A stretch of 64,000 bases of DNA from Longimicrobiales bacterium (GCA_965202985.1 CBDBCF010000001.1:2720001-2784000), one strand, 5' to 3'; positions 1 to 9,809 are shown, counted from the first letter of the stretch. The notes: generated by a model not told the origin, from the letters alone. Made by a program: numbers and translations.

Positions 1-1692
1 GGCACGCAAGCCGGCACGGCAAAGGCGCTGGTGCTGGCCGAGCGAGACGCCATTCCCCGCGAACTGTGGGACGACTTCGCCCGATCCGGGTGCGCTCACC
101 TCCTGTCCATATCGGGGTTCCACGTCGGGGTCGTCGCGGCGCTGCTCAACGGCCTCTTGTCCCTGACGGGCCGATCTCCGCGAACCCGGGCGACCGTCAC
201 GGCGGCGGGCGTCTGGGCCTACGTGCTGCTGATCGGCGCTCCCACTTCCGCCATGCGCGCCGCCTGGATGACCACGGCCTTCGTGGCCGGACGCCTCCGC
301 TACGTGCCGGCCCGCACCCTGGGCGCACTGGGCCTTTCCATGTTCGTGAACTCCGTGCTCCGCCCACAGGTGGTGTCCGAGGCCGGCTTCCAGCTGACCG
401 TGGCCGGAACCGCCGGCATCGTGATCCTGGCCAAGTGGCTCCTGGCCCACTGGCCTCGCCACCGGGGCCACAGATGGATCGCACCGCCGCTGGCGGCCGG
501 CATCGGCGCGTCCGTCTTCACCGCGCCCGTGCTGGCGTGGCACTTCGGGCAGGTCCCGCTCCTGTCGCTGCCGTCGTCGATCCTCCTCACGCCGCTGGTG
601 GCGGCGGCCGTGCCCGGCGTGCTCGCCTCCGTTGCCATGGATGTGCTGGGCGTTCCCGGCGCCCGCGTGCCGGGATCCGGGGCCGAGGCCCTCTTGTGCG
701 CCGTCACCACCGCCGCGTCGGCGCTGGGAAACGTCGCGGGTGCCACGTGGAACGCATCTCCCCGCGAAGCCGGCCTGCTGGTTGCCGGCGCCCTGGCCGC
801 CCTGGCCTTCGGGGGCGTGCAATGGCGAAATCGGCCCGCCGTGCGCGCAGCGGCGCCGGTGGCGGGTGCCTGCGCCGCCCTTTGGCTGGGACAGTCCGCC
901 TTCGCGCTGGCCGGCAGGGGCCGGATCGAGATCGTGGCGATCGACGTGGGGCAGGGCGACGCCATCGGAGTACGCACGCCGAGCGGTCGCTGGCTGCTGG
1001 TGGACGCCGGCCCTCGCTCCGGCGGCGCCGACGCCGGCCTGACCCGCGTGATCCCCTACCTTCGCACCCGAGGCGTCCGCCGCCTGGAGGCCGTCGTCCT
1101 GACGCATCCCGACGAGGACCACGCCGGCGGCCTGTCTTCGGTCCTGGCCCACGTGCCCACCCGCGTCGTGCTGGGGCCGGGCTTCGCCGGCGGACAGCGC
1201 GGCCACATGGACGGCCTGGACGAAGCTCGCCGCGCCCAAGTCCCCTGGCGTCGCGTCCGGAAGGGCGACTCCTGGACTACCGACGGCGCAGTCTTCCAAG
1301 TGCTGAGTCCCGCGCCGCCGACCGCCGACGAACGGTCTCCCAACGACTGGTCGGTCGTCCTGCGGATCACCTACGGCGAGTTCGACGCCCTCCTCATGGG
1401 AGATGCCGACGACCGGATCGAGGCCGGGCTGCTGGACCAGGGCAAGGTCGAAGTCCTGAAGGTGGGGCACCACGGCAGCCGCACCTCCACGTCCGCGGAG
1501 TTCGTCGAGGCCGTTTCCCCCGACTACGCCCTGATCTCGGCCGGCGCTCGCAACCGCTACGGACACCCCCACCCCCAAGTGCTCGCCCGACTGGAGGACG
1601 CCGGCGCCCGAGTTCTTCGCACCGACCGCCAAGGCACCGTCTGGGTGACGGGCAAGAAGGACGGCACGGTCTCGGCGTCAGATACTCGCTGA
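1..1692 (+). CDS. comEC: DNA internalization competence protein ComEC/Rec2 (5' end lies outside the window)
   Basis: Competence-domain motif HLLSISGFHV, GFQLT, several TM segments, then a metallo-beta-lactamase domain (IDVGQGDA, LTHPDEDHAGG, KVGHHGS, NRYGHP, RTDRQG). The frame is open from the window start. Confidence 0.95.
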   Translation, partial: GTQAGTAKALVLAERDAIPRELWDDFARSGCAHLLSISGFHVGVVAALLNGLLSLTGRSPRTRATVTAAGVWAYVLLIGAPTSAMRAAWMTTAFVAGRLRYVPARTLGALGLSMFVNSVLRPQVVSEAGFQLTVAGTAGIVILAKWLLAHWPRHRGHRWIAPPLAAGIGASVFTAPVLAWHFGQVPLLSLPSSILLTPLVAAAVPGVLASVAMDVLGVPGARVPGSGAEALLCAVTTAASALGNVAGATWNASPREAGLLVAGALAALAFGGVQWRNRPAVRAAAPVAGACAALWLGQSAFALAGRGRIEIVAIDVGQGDAIGVRTPSGRWLLVDAGPRSGGADAGLTRVIPYLRTRGVRRLEAVVLTHPDEDHAGGLSSVLAHVPTRVVLGPGFAGGQRGHMDGLDEARRAQVPWRRVRKGDSWTTDGAVFQVLSPAPPTADERSPNDWSVVLRITYGEFDALLMGDADDRIEAGLLDQGKVEVLKVGHHGSRTSTSAEFVEAVSPDYALISAGARNRYGHPHPQVLARLEDAGARVLRTDRQGTVWVTGKKDGTVSASDTR

Positions 1693-1857
1693 CGGTGCTG
1701 GAGGGTCGCTTGAATTCGTTGCGCAACAAGGGCTTGGCGCGGCTCGGAAAAGTCGGTCCCAACCAGCTATCCAAACGCCCCGTTTTCGGCCCCATCGTTC
1801 GGGTATCCGCCCCGAGAGGCGGCACGAGCCCACGCGCCACGAAAGGCCGCTCGCCCA

Positions 1858-3027
1858 ATGGACCGATCCCCCAACGAACGCCGACCGCCCGACGCCCCCG
1901 ACTCGTCCCAGCCGCCCGACCACGCGGCCGATGTCCCGCACCCCCAGGACGACGCGCCCGACGAGCGCGAGCGCCGTCGCCACGACCAGACGTACAAGGC
2001 CCTCTTCGCCCACGGCGCGGCGATCGAATCCTTGATCCGCGACTTCCTTGCCGTCGAGTGGCACGAGCACCTCGACCTCGAGACTGCCACGCTCGTCGCC
2101 ACCGAGACGATCTCGAAAGGCCTCAAGCGCAGGCTGGCCGACTTCGCCCTCCGCGTCTGGTTCAAGGACAGCAAGGCCTCGGTCGTCTTCCTAGTCGAAT
2201 TCCAGGCGTCCCACGATCCCGACATGGCGCTTCGCACCTTGGACTACGCCGTCGGCATGGTCGAAGCGCTGCGGGCCAACCCGACGATGCTGGACCCCGG
2301 CGACGCCGTGCCCCTGCTCCTCTCCTGCGTCCTTCACACCGGCCCGAAGCGCTGGCCGGCGGAGACGAGCTTGGCCGCCTTGACGCGCACTCCGGCGCCG
2401 CCGCCGGCCGTGGCGCGCGCCGTAGGCGGCTTCGGCACCGCGCACCGCTGCGTCGTGCTGGACTTGCAACTGGCGTCGGCGGAGGGCTTGTTGCCGGCGG
2501 ACTCGTTGCTGGGGTGGCTGGGCGCTTTGGAGCGGACGCCGCTGGGGGCGGCCTTTCCGCGCGTGCACCCTTCGTTGGCGGCGCAGCGGGGCGGGGAGGA
2601 GCATCGTACGTTCCGGGAGGCGTTCGCGAGGTGGACGGACGAGCGGATGCGGTCGGCGGGCGTGCCGGCGGAGCGGAGGGAGGTTATCGTGGAAGGGATC
2701 ATTCAACCGGGGGAGGCGTTGGAGATGGGACAGACGTACTACGAGGAGTGGGTGGAAGGCCACGAGCGCAGGGGCATGGCGAAGGGCGTGAAGAAGGGCG
2801 TGAAGCGGGGCAAGGTCCGGGGTCGCCAGGAAGGCCGGGAGGAGATGGTGCTTCGTCTGGCGTCGCGGAAGTTCGGGGCGGAGACGGCGGAGCGTCTGGA
2901 GGGTCTGGTGGGGGCGATGGGTCCCGAGCAGCTGGTGCAGGTGTTCGACGCCGTGGTGGACTGCGAGACAGGAGACGAACTGCTGGCCGAGGCGGCCAAC
3001 GGCGCCTCCGCCGCCTGCCGCCACTAG
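1858..3027 (+). CDS. Rpn family recombination-promoting nuclease / YhgA-like putative transposase (PD-(D/E)XK)
   Basis: HDQTYKALF, RRLADFALRV, LVEFQASHDPDMALR, VLHTGPKRW; typical C-terminal G-x-x-x repeat (GMAKGVKKGVKRGKVRGRQEGREE) followed by LASRKFG. Confidence 0.88.
   Translation: MDRSPNERRPPDAPDSSQPPDHAADVPHPQDDAPDERERRRHDQTYKALFAHGAAIESLIRDFLAVEWHEHLDLETATLVATETISKGLKRRLADFALRVWFKDSKASVVFLVEFQASHDPDMALRTLDYAVGMVEALRANPTMLDPGDAVPLLLSCVLHTGPKRWPAETSLAALTRTPAPPPAVARAVGGFGTAHRCVVLDLQLASAEGLLPADSLLGWLGALERTPLGAAFPRVHPSLAAQRGGEEHRTFREAFARWTDERMRSAGVPAERREVIVEGIIQPGEALEMGQTYYEEWVEGHERRGMAKGVKKGVKRGKVRGRQEGREEMVLRLASRKFGAETAERLEGLVGAMGPEQLVQVFDAVVDCETGDELLAEAANGASAACRH
2725..3027 (+). CDS. Putative internally translated small Rpn C-terminal protein (RpnS-type antitoxin), 100 aa
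   Basis: In-frame ATG at 2725 with GGAGG at 2712-2716, 8 nt upstream, just before the C-terminal repeat region, as described for Rpn gene-within-gene systems. Confidence 0.6.
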   Translation: MGQTYYEEWVEGHERRGMAKGVKKGVKRGKVRGRQEGREEMVLRLASRKFGAETAERLEGLVGAMGPEQLVQVFDAVVDCETGDELLAEAANGASAACRH

Positions 3028-3053
3028 CTGGCCCCCTTCCCGCCGTGGCCCCA

Positions 3054-4121
3054 ATGCGCAGCAAGGTCGTCACCATCGACCGCCACATCATCGACCAGGA
3101 GCGGCGGCACCCCGGCGCGTCGGGCCGCTTCTCGGCGCTCCTGTACGACATTGCGCTGGCCGCCAAGATCATCTCGCGAGAGGTCAACCAGGCCGGCCTG
3201 GTCGACGTCCTGGGCAAGGCGGGCGGCACCAACGTCCAGGGCGAGGAGATCCGCAAGCTGGACGCCTTCGCCCAAGAGGTGATCGTCAAGGCCATGGACC
3301 ACGCCGGCCACCTGTGCTGCATGGTCTCCGAAGAGTGCGAAGAGATCATCCCCATCCCGAGCAAGTTCGAGCAGGGCAACTACGTGCTCCTCTTCGACCC
3401 GCTGGACGGCTCGTCCAACATCGACGTGAACGTCTCCATCGGCACCATCTTCTCCGTCCACCACAAGGTCTCGCCGGGGCGCGGCGGAGGCGTCCTGGAG
3501 GACTGCCTGCAGCCGGGCGCCCGACAGCTGGCCGCCGGCTATGTCGTCTACGGCTCGTCCACGATGCTGGTCTACACCACGGGCCGGGAAGGCGGTGTCC
3601 ACGGCTTCACCCTCGATCCGTCGATCGGCGAGTTCCTGCTGAGCCACCCGGACGTGCGCATCCCCGACCCCCCGACCCGCATCTACTCGGTCAACGAGGC
3701 CTACTACCCCCGCTGGTCCCGCCCGCAGCAGCGCCTCGTGGACCACTTCCGCGACGCGGAAGGGGGCGGCCGGCGCGGGTACCGCTCCCGCTATATTGGT
3801 TCCCTGGTCTCGGACTTCCACCGCACCCTCCTGCAAGGCGGCCTCTTCATGTACCCCAGAGACACCCAGTCTCCCGGCGGCAAGCTCCGAATCCTCTACG
3901 AGGCGGCTCCCCTGGCGCTCGTGTGCGAGTCGGCCGGCGGCCGGGCCACCGACGGCCTCCGCGACATCCTGGAGATCGTTCCCACCGGACTTCACGACCG
4001 CACGCCCCTCTACCTGGGCTCCAAGAGCCTGGTGGACTTGGCCGAAACCTACCTGGACGACGCCGGCGCTCCGCCCAGCAGCCCGCCCGCGTCCACCAGC
4101 CCGCCGGGGTCCAAAAGCTGA
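3054..4121 (+). CDS. fbp: Class 1 fructose-1,6-bisphosphatase
   Basis: FDPLDGSSNIDVNVSIGTIFS, YSVNE, RYIGSLVSDFHRTLLQGG, GKLRILYE; true start ATG 3054 within the long 66..4121 frame. Confidence 0.97.
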   Translation: MRSKVVTIDRHIIDQERRHPGASGRFSALLYDIALAAKIISREVNQAGLVDVLGKAGGTNVQGEEIRKLDAFAQEVIVKAMDHAGHLCCMVSEECEEIIPIPSKFEQGNYVLLFDPLDGSSNIDVNVSIGTIFSVHHKVSPGRGGGVLEDCLQPGARQLAAGYVVYGSSTMLVYTTGREGGVHGFTLDPSIGEFLLSHPDVRIPDPPTRIYSVNEAYYPRWSRPQQRLVDHFRDAEGGGRRGYRSRYIGSLVSDFHRTLLQGGLFMYPRDTQSPGGKLRILYEAAPLALVCESAGGRATDGLRDILEIVPTGLHDRTPLYLGSKSLVDLAETYLDDAGAPPSSPPASTSPPGSKS

Positions 4122-4167
4122 ACGCCGTGTGGTTTCCTAAACCTCCGACGCTCCCGGCCAGAGCCCT

Positions 4168-4192
4168 CAACTCCTTGCTGACAAAGAACTTG
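4168..4192. promoter_or_regulatory. IHF-like binding site upstream of the sigma-54 promoter
   Basis: The minus strand reads CAGCAAggagTTG, resembling WATCAANNNNTTR, within an imperfect palindrome. A similar element lies at ~1712-1737 (CAACAAgggcTTG). Confidence 0.4.
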
Positions 4193-4208
4193 CGGCATCC
4201 GAAAATCG

Positions 4209-4224
4209 TGGCACCACTCTTGCT
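4209..4224 (+). promoter_or_regulatory. Sigma-54 (-24/-12) promoter
   Basis: TGGCAC-CACTC-TTGCT is an exact match to TGGCAC-N5-TTGCW, intergenic and ~170 nt upstream of the lipoprotein start. Confidence 0.8.
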
Positions 4225-4394
4225 GTAAAGGAAACCGCTCGGGCAGCCGAGTCCACAACCAACCCTCGACAATCGTCCCGCAACGGAACAGCCGGCGCTG
4301 TCGCCGACCGCTCCCGGGGACGACCACATAGATTTTTCGGCCCGGCCCACTTCGGGGCAGGCGAAAAGCAACCCCATCAATCCCACACAAAGGA

Positions 4395-7300
4395 ATGATG
4401 AGAATGAGCAGACTCAAGCTGACAGCGATGGCGGCCTTGCTCGCCATCCCCCTCGCAGCGTGTAACGAGGGGACTCCTCCTCCGCCGGAGGGCACGATCG
4501 ACGGGCAGGTGTCGATCGAAGGCCAGGGCCTGGCGGGGGTCTCGGTGTCGTTGAGCGACGGCACCACGCAGACCACCGGAACGGACGGTCGGTTCGCGTT
4601 CACCGGGGTCGAAGGCGGCACGTACACCGTCTCGATCAGCGGATTCGCGGCCGACGCCACCTTCGCATCCACGAGCCAGACGGCGACGATCGCCAGTCAA
4701 GGCCAAACGGTGACCGTGAACTTCACGGGCACGTACGTCCGCACGGCGAGCATCCTCGGCTCCGTGACGGTTGAAGGCGACGGCCAGAGCGGCATCGCCG
4801 TGCGTCTGTCGGGCGTCTCGGACGCGTCGACGACCACCGACGCCAGCGGCCGATATGCGTTCACCGGACTTCGGGCCGGCGCGTACGAAGTTGCGATCTC
4901 CGGGTTCGACGCAGACGCCGTCGGATTCTCCAGCACGTCCAAGGGCGCGACCGTCGGCGTCGGCGAGTCGCAAGTCCTCAGCTTCGACGGCACCTACCTC
5001 CGCACGGCAGGGATCGTGGGTCGCGTGTCGGTCGAGGGCGACGGCCTTGCGGGCGTGACGGTCAGCCTGAGCGGCAGCGAGAGCCGGACGGCGACCACCG
5101 ACCAGGCCGGTCAGTACGCGTTCAACGAGCTGCGCGCCGGGACCTACCAGGTGGGCATCTCCGGGTTCGACGCGGACGACTACGAGTTCTCCAGCACGTC
5201 GCAGAGCGTGACGGTGACCCTGGGCCAGACGGCGAACGTCCCGTTCGACGGGACGCTGCTCCGGACCGCCGGAATCAGCGGTCGCGTGAGCGTAGAAGGA
5301 ATGGCGCTCGCCGACGTTACGGTGATGCTCACCGGCGCGGCCACCGACACGGCGACGACGAACGCGGACGGACAGTACGCGTTCACCGGCTTGGCTGCCG
5401 GCGCCTACATGGTCGCGATCTCCGGCTACGACATGGACGCCTACGCCTTCGCGGCGGCGTCGATGTCCGTAACGCTGGCCGACGACGAGTCCAACATCAC
5501 GAACTTCATGGGCACGCACACCCGTTCGGCGAACGTGTGGGGGTACCTGTACCTCGACGCCAACGAAGACGACGAATACGCCGGCTCGGACCTTGAAGAC
5601 CTACTGGCCTTGGCGGGCGTAAAGGTGACGCTGAACGGCCCCGGGGTCGGCGACGTTGACTCGACGACGACGGACGCGCGGGGCATGTACAAGTTCGACT
5701 CGCTGGCGACGGGGAGCTATCGAGTCGCCCTCTCGGCGCCCACCGATACGATGTTCACCAACATGGGCATCGCCTTCGGCGGCCTGCAGTCGGGGGTGGT
5801 GGTGAACGTGACGCCCGGTTCGGCGAACGCGGTGCACCTGCCGTTCGACATCACGCGTCAGACGATCAAGGTCCATGCGATGATGGGAGACGGCAAGGGC
5901 AAGACCGGCAAAGCCGTAAAGGATGTCGAAATCACTCTTTACCCCACGTACCAGACCGCGACCGCCCGTACAAACGCGCTGGGAACGGCGAAGACGGACT
6001 CGACTGGCGTAGCGACGTTCACTTTCCTTCGCGCCGCAGACGTGGGTCCGGCCGGCACGAAGGACTACTTGGTGTTCGCCAGCGCCGGCAAACTGCCGCA
6101 CAACAACCTTTCGGTGTCGGGCAACAGCATCCAGGAAGTGTCGTATGCGCGTAGGGATCGCGAGAAGACGGCGGCTAACCCCGTGACGCTGCTCAACCGA
6201 GAAGTAAGGTTCCAGTTTGCGGTGAGGAGTATCGGGACGGCAGTCGGGGGCAACGCACCAATCGAGGGATGGCAGCCGGAGGTCATGGTGCGCGGTGCGA
6301 GCATCACCGTGCCGAAAACGCTGAAGACGGGCGTCACGACCTTCCGTGACCTGGACAATCCGGCTAACCTTCCGGCCACGTACTACATCGGCGCGGGAGA
6401 CGCAACGCCGGCTGCGATTACGTCGGGCGAGCGTTACACGGCGGTGCCAGAGCCAACGGATGGGGTGATGCTGGACAGCACGAAGACGAAGTTCATGTAC
6501 GTCCACGACGGGCTGCAGCTTCCGGGCACCACACTCAACCTCGGCACGCTTCGGATCAAGTACACGACCCAGACCCTGCGGGTCGCGTTCCATATGGAAA
6601 GAGACCAGCAACGGGGCTACACGCAGAGCGCCATCGGCGGCGGCGACGTCAGGCCTAACGCGTCGGTAGCAGACCTGAGCGTCACACTGGAATACACCAA
6701 CAGTGAAGGCAACACCGTCCCGTATGAGTACCCCACAACTACGCCGCGCGGCATTAGCAGGGCCAATCCGCGAAGTCCTACTGTTGCGAGTAGGGGCTTC
6801 GTGACCTTCCAAAGGCTGCCTGCGAACGTGGAGTTCGAGTTGGACTTCAGTGTTAGCGGCGCCCTCGAGGGCTACGGTGACGACCAGATCGAGACGTACA
6901 TCTTGACGGAAGGCAGAAGCGCCGAGGCCCGGAATCGCAACAACAGGGGCTCGTATTCCTTTGGTGCCTTCGGTGACGAGAGCGGTAGTTCTTCCCAGGT
7001 CTGGCTTTGCCCCTTGGCTACTGAGGGCCTGAACAACAATATCGATGCTTGCTCGACCTATGCGTTCGGTCGCACCGACGGTTCGATCACGGGCCTCGTG
7101 CATACCCTGGCTGGCGATGAGCAGGATAGCATCACAGTCACGCTGACTCCTTCTAGTCGAAACATGGGGAGCAAGACCGTGAGGACGCGTGTCACGTCGC
7201 GGGGCACTGCTGCCGATGGCGCGTACACGTTCAGCGGTCTCGGAGGTGGTACGTACGATGTTACTGTGGCTAGCACCTCCAACTGGGCGTCCCGAACGCC

Positions 7301-8243
7301 GAAGCAGACGTTCGTCCTGTGGACGGACGACTCTGCTACACCCTCGCCCACCTTTACCCGAACCGCCAACGCCTTCCAGATGCGCTTCCTGAAGACGATG
7401 ATCTCGGGTACGGTGGTCAACGACACTGAGAGAGTGCCGGGCGGCGCCAAAGACAACCAAGTGCAGTTCGTGGAAACCGTGCAGGGCGCGAAACTGACCC
7501 TCTTGGAGGTGACGCGGTTGGTGCGGGCAGTGGGTTCCAGGACTCACGACACGACGGCTACCGCTCGTACGGCGACGACAAATGCCGATGGCGAATTTAC
7601 CTTTGAGAACGTGCCAGAGGGTGTGTACGTCATCGAAGGCACGAACACGGATGCTTACGAGCTTCGTGCAAAGGACACGTCTCCGTACAACCAGTCCCGA
7701 CAGGTCACCACGACGGCTGAAAATCGTATGGCCACGGGCGGGACTGATTTGCCGGCTTGGGCCTACGGCGATCACGCCACGAACAGGTCCAACGTCTGGA
7801 ACAACGAGGTCGCCAACGATAGTGCAGGTGCAGACTTTGTCGTGCTGCACAAAGACGGCACGGTGACGGGTACAGTCAAGACCGACATCTTGGGTGCGTC
7901 CGATCCGGACGTCTTGTATGACGACCCGGTTTCTGGCATCAGGATTGTCGCTCTACTCTGCAGTCACTTTGGGACTGCCGACATTACCACGGTCCGGCAA
8001 TGCTTGGCGCCTGACAACGACAGAGGCGTTGTTGGTCGTTACGAGACGACGACCGATGCGAAGGGCGAGTATACTTTCAGAAACCTGAGAGAAGGCTTCT
8101 GGATCATCGACGTGGACTCCGAGAGCCACGGGGACTATGACGAGAGCGACGTGAGCAACGGGAAGGCTTATAACCAAGCGGCCTTTTTGGCAGGACGGCG
8201 AGCAGGGGCGATCGTCGACTTCATACTCGTAGCAAACCCGTAG
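4395..8243 (+). CDS. Large surface lipoprotein with carboxypeptidase-regulatory-like/SdrD-B-like beta-sandwich repeats (S-layer/adhesin candidate)
   Basis: Lipobox LAA-C23; four ~87-aa tandem repeats (GxVSVEG..LAGVTV.L.G....TTT...G.YAF.GL.AG.Y.V.ISG); further TTxxxGxYxFxxL domains toward the C-terminus; Thr/Ser/Gly-rich. Confidence 0.85.
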   Translation: MMRMSRLKLTAMAALLAIPLAACNEGTPPPPEGTIDGQVSIEGQGLAGVSVSLSDGTTQTTGTDGRFAFTGVEGGTYTVSISGFAADATFASTSQTATIASQGQTVTVNFTGTYVRTASILGSVTVEGDGQSGIAVRLSGVSDASTTTDASGRYAFTGLRAGAYEVAISGFDADAVGFSSTSKGATVGVGESQVLSFDGTYLRTAGIVGRVSVEGDGLAGVTVSLSGSESRTATTDQAGQYAFNELRAGTYQVGISGFDADDYEFSSTSQSVTVTLGQTANVPFDGTLLRTAGISGRVSVEGMALADVTVMLTGAATDTATTNADGQYAFTGLAAGAYMVAISGYDMDAYAFAAASMSVTLADDESNITNFMGTHTRSANVWGYLYLDANEDDEYAGSDLEDLLALAGVKVTLNGPGVGDVDSTTTDARGMYKFDSLATGSYRVALSAPTDTMFTNMGIAFGGLQSGVVVNVTPGSANAVHLPFDITRQTIKVHAMMGDGKGKTGKAVKDVEITLYPTYQTATARTNALGTAKTDSTGVATFTFLRAADVGPAGTKDYLVFASAGKLPHNNLSVSGNSIQEVSYARRDREKTAANPVTLLNREVRFQFAVRSIGTAVGGNAPIEGWQPEVMVRGASITVPKTLKTGVTTFRDLDNPANLPATYYIGAGDATPAAITSGERYTAVPEPTDGVMLDSTKTKFMYVHDGLQLPGTTLNLGTLRIKYTTQTLRVAFHMERDQQRGYTQSAIGGGDVRPNASVADLSVTLEYTNSEGNTVPYEYPTTTPRGISRANPRSPTVASRGFVTFQRLPANVEFELDFSVSGALEGYGDDQIETYILTEGRSAEARNRNNRGSYSFGAFGDESGSSSQVWLCPLATEGLNNNIDACSTYAFGRTDGSITGLVHTLAGDEQDSITVTLTPSSRNMGSKTVRTRVTSRGTAADGAYTFSGLGGGTYDVTVASTSNWASRTPKQTFVLWTDDSATPSPTFTRTANAFQMRFLKTMISGTVVNDTERVPGGAKDNQVQFVETVQGAKLTLLEVTRLVRAVGSRTHDTTATARTATTNADGEFTFENVPEGVYVIEGTNTDAYELRAKDTSPYNQSRQVTTTAENRMATGGTDLPAWAYGDHATNRSNVWNNEVANDSAGADFVVLHKDGTVTGTVKTDILGASDPDVLYDDPVSGIRIVALLCSHFGTADITTVRQCLAPDNDRGVVGRYETTTDAKGEYTFRNLREGFWIIDVDSESHGDYDESDVSNGKAYNQAAFLAGRRAGAIVDFILVANP
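4491..5525 (+). repeat. Four 261-bp tandem coding repeats
   Basis: Repeat heads at ~4491, 4743, 5004, 5265, with the next domain starting at 5526. Confidence 0.85.
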
Positions 8244-8289
8244 TATACGGAGGCCAATCTGTCGCAGTCTCTGGTAGACTGTGACGATG

Positions 8290-8331
8290 CTCGCCCCCGT
8301 CCGGCTTGCCGGGCGGGGGCGAGTTGCGTTT
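8290..8331 (+). terminator. Intrinsic terminator hairpin between convergent genes
   Basis: CTCGCCCCCGTCCGG-CTTG-CCGGGCGGGGGCGAG stem-loop followed by TTGCGTTT. Confidence 0.75.
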
Positions 8332-8372
8332 GCGAACACTTTTCGTCCAGCCCAGCCTGGCCGTGCTTTGAC

Positions 8373-9809
8373 TCACTCGTCCGGCAGCGCCTCCAGGACT
8401 GCGGCCGCGACGCGTCTTCCCGCGTTCCCGTCGATTCGGAGCGTCTGTTCCTCCACCAACCGGCGGCGCGCGTCCGAGTCCAGCGACGGGTCCCCGACAT
8501 AGCGCTCGACGGCGTCCATCAACGCGCTCATCTCCGAGGCAAGCCGAAGGCCGCCGGAGCGGACCAAGTTGGCTTGGTGGGAGAAGTCGAAGAAACGGCG
8601 CACCGAGCGCTCATAGGGCAGCACGGAGTCGGCCGCGTCGAAGCAGACGCCGACGACGGGCGTGCCCAAGGCGGCGGCGTCGATGGAGATCGACGAAGCC
8701 GTGCTCGCGACCACTGCCGCATGATGCAACGTGTCGGCCAATCGCTCGCTTGCGGCTCGATCGAAGGCGCGGTCGCGATATTCTCCCAGGTGTGCGGCGC
8801 CCGCGACGTCCACGGCAACATCGGGCAGGTCCCGAAGCCGGTCGTATCGCTCCGGCCGGTCAAGCTGATGCACGCGAACCAAAAGAGACAGGGAATCGCC
8901 GAAGTTGGCCCGCACCGCTTTGGCGATGTCCAGCGCCAGCCGGGGCTCTTCGGGCACCGTGCCCTCGGTCTGCGTGGCGTAGACCAAGTACGGCTTGGCG
9001 GGATCGAGTCGCAACGCGGCGCAAAGGTCGCGTCGCGTCTGGTAGGGCGCATCGGCGTAGACATCGTGCTGGGGCGCGCCGGTGACGCACACCGTCTCCC
9101 GCGCCAGCTCGTGAACTTGGACCGCCTCGCGGCGCATCGTCTCGTTCCATACCGTGATCCGATTCGGGAGCACTGGGAAGAAGCCTTTGCAAGTAAGGTT
9201 GTCCCAGCTGGGCACCAGAATCATGTTCGGCACTCCGTGCTTTGCGGCGGAAATCACCAAGTACCGGTCCGCATAAGGCTTGGAAGCGGCTCCATGGTTC
9301 GGCGTCAGCGTCAGAACGCGCGTGCCGACGACCAGGTCGGGGCAAAGGCGGCGAATCTGCTCCCCGTACAGGTCGGGTCCCCAGCGTCGCGCTCCCCATC
9401 GCGCCAGAGCCAGCACCGGACCGTTGGCCCAGGACGCCGCGCGGGCCGCCGTCCCGACCAACGCCAAGGCCATCGGCCGGTTCGAGAACCTGATGCGGGC
9501 GAAGATCCGGCCTGTCGCCGTTCGCCGAGCCAGCACGAGGAGAAAGAATCGATGGACGAGTCGGTCGAACAAGCGGAAGCCGGCGGCACGCAGCCCCCCG
9601 GTGGGAGCGGCGGCCAGCGCGTGGAGGCGGACGTTGTCGTTGCCGTCTTCGAACTCGCGACGAAAGCTTTCGACGTGGCCGGCTCGCGTGAACAGATGCA
9701 GCTGAACGCCGGCGTCGCGCAGCACCTTGAAGACATCGGAGCGCAGGACGTCGCGCACGCCGGCCGCCATGGGGACGCCGATGAAGACGACCGGCGGGCG
9801 CGCGGTCAC
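8373..9809 (-). CDS. GT-B-fold surface polysaccharide protein (CDP-glycerol glycerophosphotransferase-like)
   Basis: VPSWDNLTCKG, ITVWNETMRREA, VTGAPQHD, LLVRVHQ, SSISIDAAALGTPVV. GTG 9809 overlaps the asnB stop (GTGA). Confidence 0.65.
   Translation of the reverse strand: MTARPPVVFIGVPMAAGVRDVLRSDVFKVLRDAGVQLHLFTRAGHVESFRREFEDGNDNVRLHALAAAPTGGLRAAGFRLFDRLVHRFFLLVLARRTATGRIFARIRFSNRPMALALVGTAARAASWANGPVLALARWGARRWGPDLYGEQIRRLCPDLVVGTRVLTLTPNHGAASKPYADRYLVISAAKHGVPNMILVPSWDNLTCKGFFPVLPNRITVWNETMRREAVQVHELARETVCVTGAPQHDVYADAPYQTRRDLCAALRLDPAKPYLVYATQTEGTVPEEPRLALDIAKAVRANFGDSLSLLVRVHQLDRPERYDRLRDLPDVAVDVAGAAHLGEYRDRAFDRAASERLADTLHHAAVVASTASSISIDAAALGTPVVGVCFDAADSVLPYERSVRRFFDFSHQANLVRSGGLRLASEMSALMDAVERYVGDPSLDSDARRRLVEEQTLRIDGNAGRRVAAAVLEALPDE

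Noticed and set aside
1858..3027. Rpn gene as an active IS element
   Set aside because: No terminal inverted repeats or target duplications were seen, and this family is not a proven transposase.
66..3053. Apparent 1351-aa fusion ending in FBPase
   Set aside because: The upstream part is an off-frame shadow of comEC and rpn; only 3054..4121 is protein-like.
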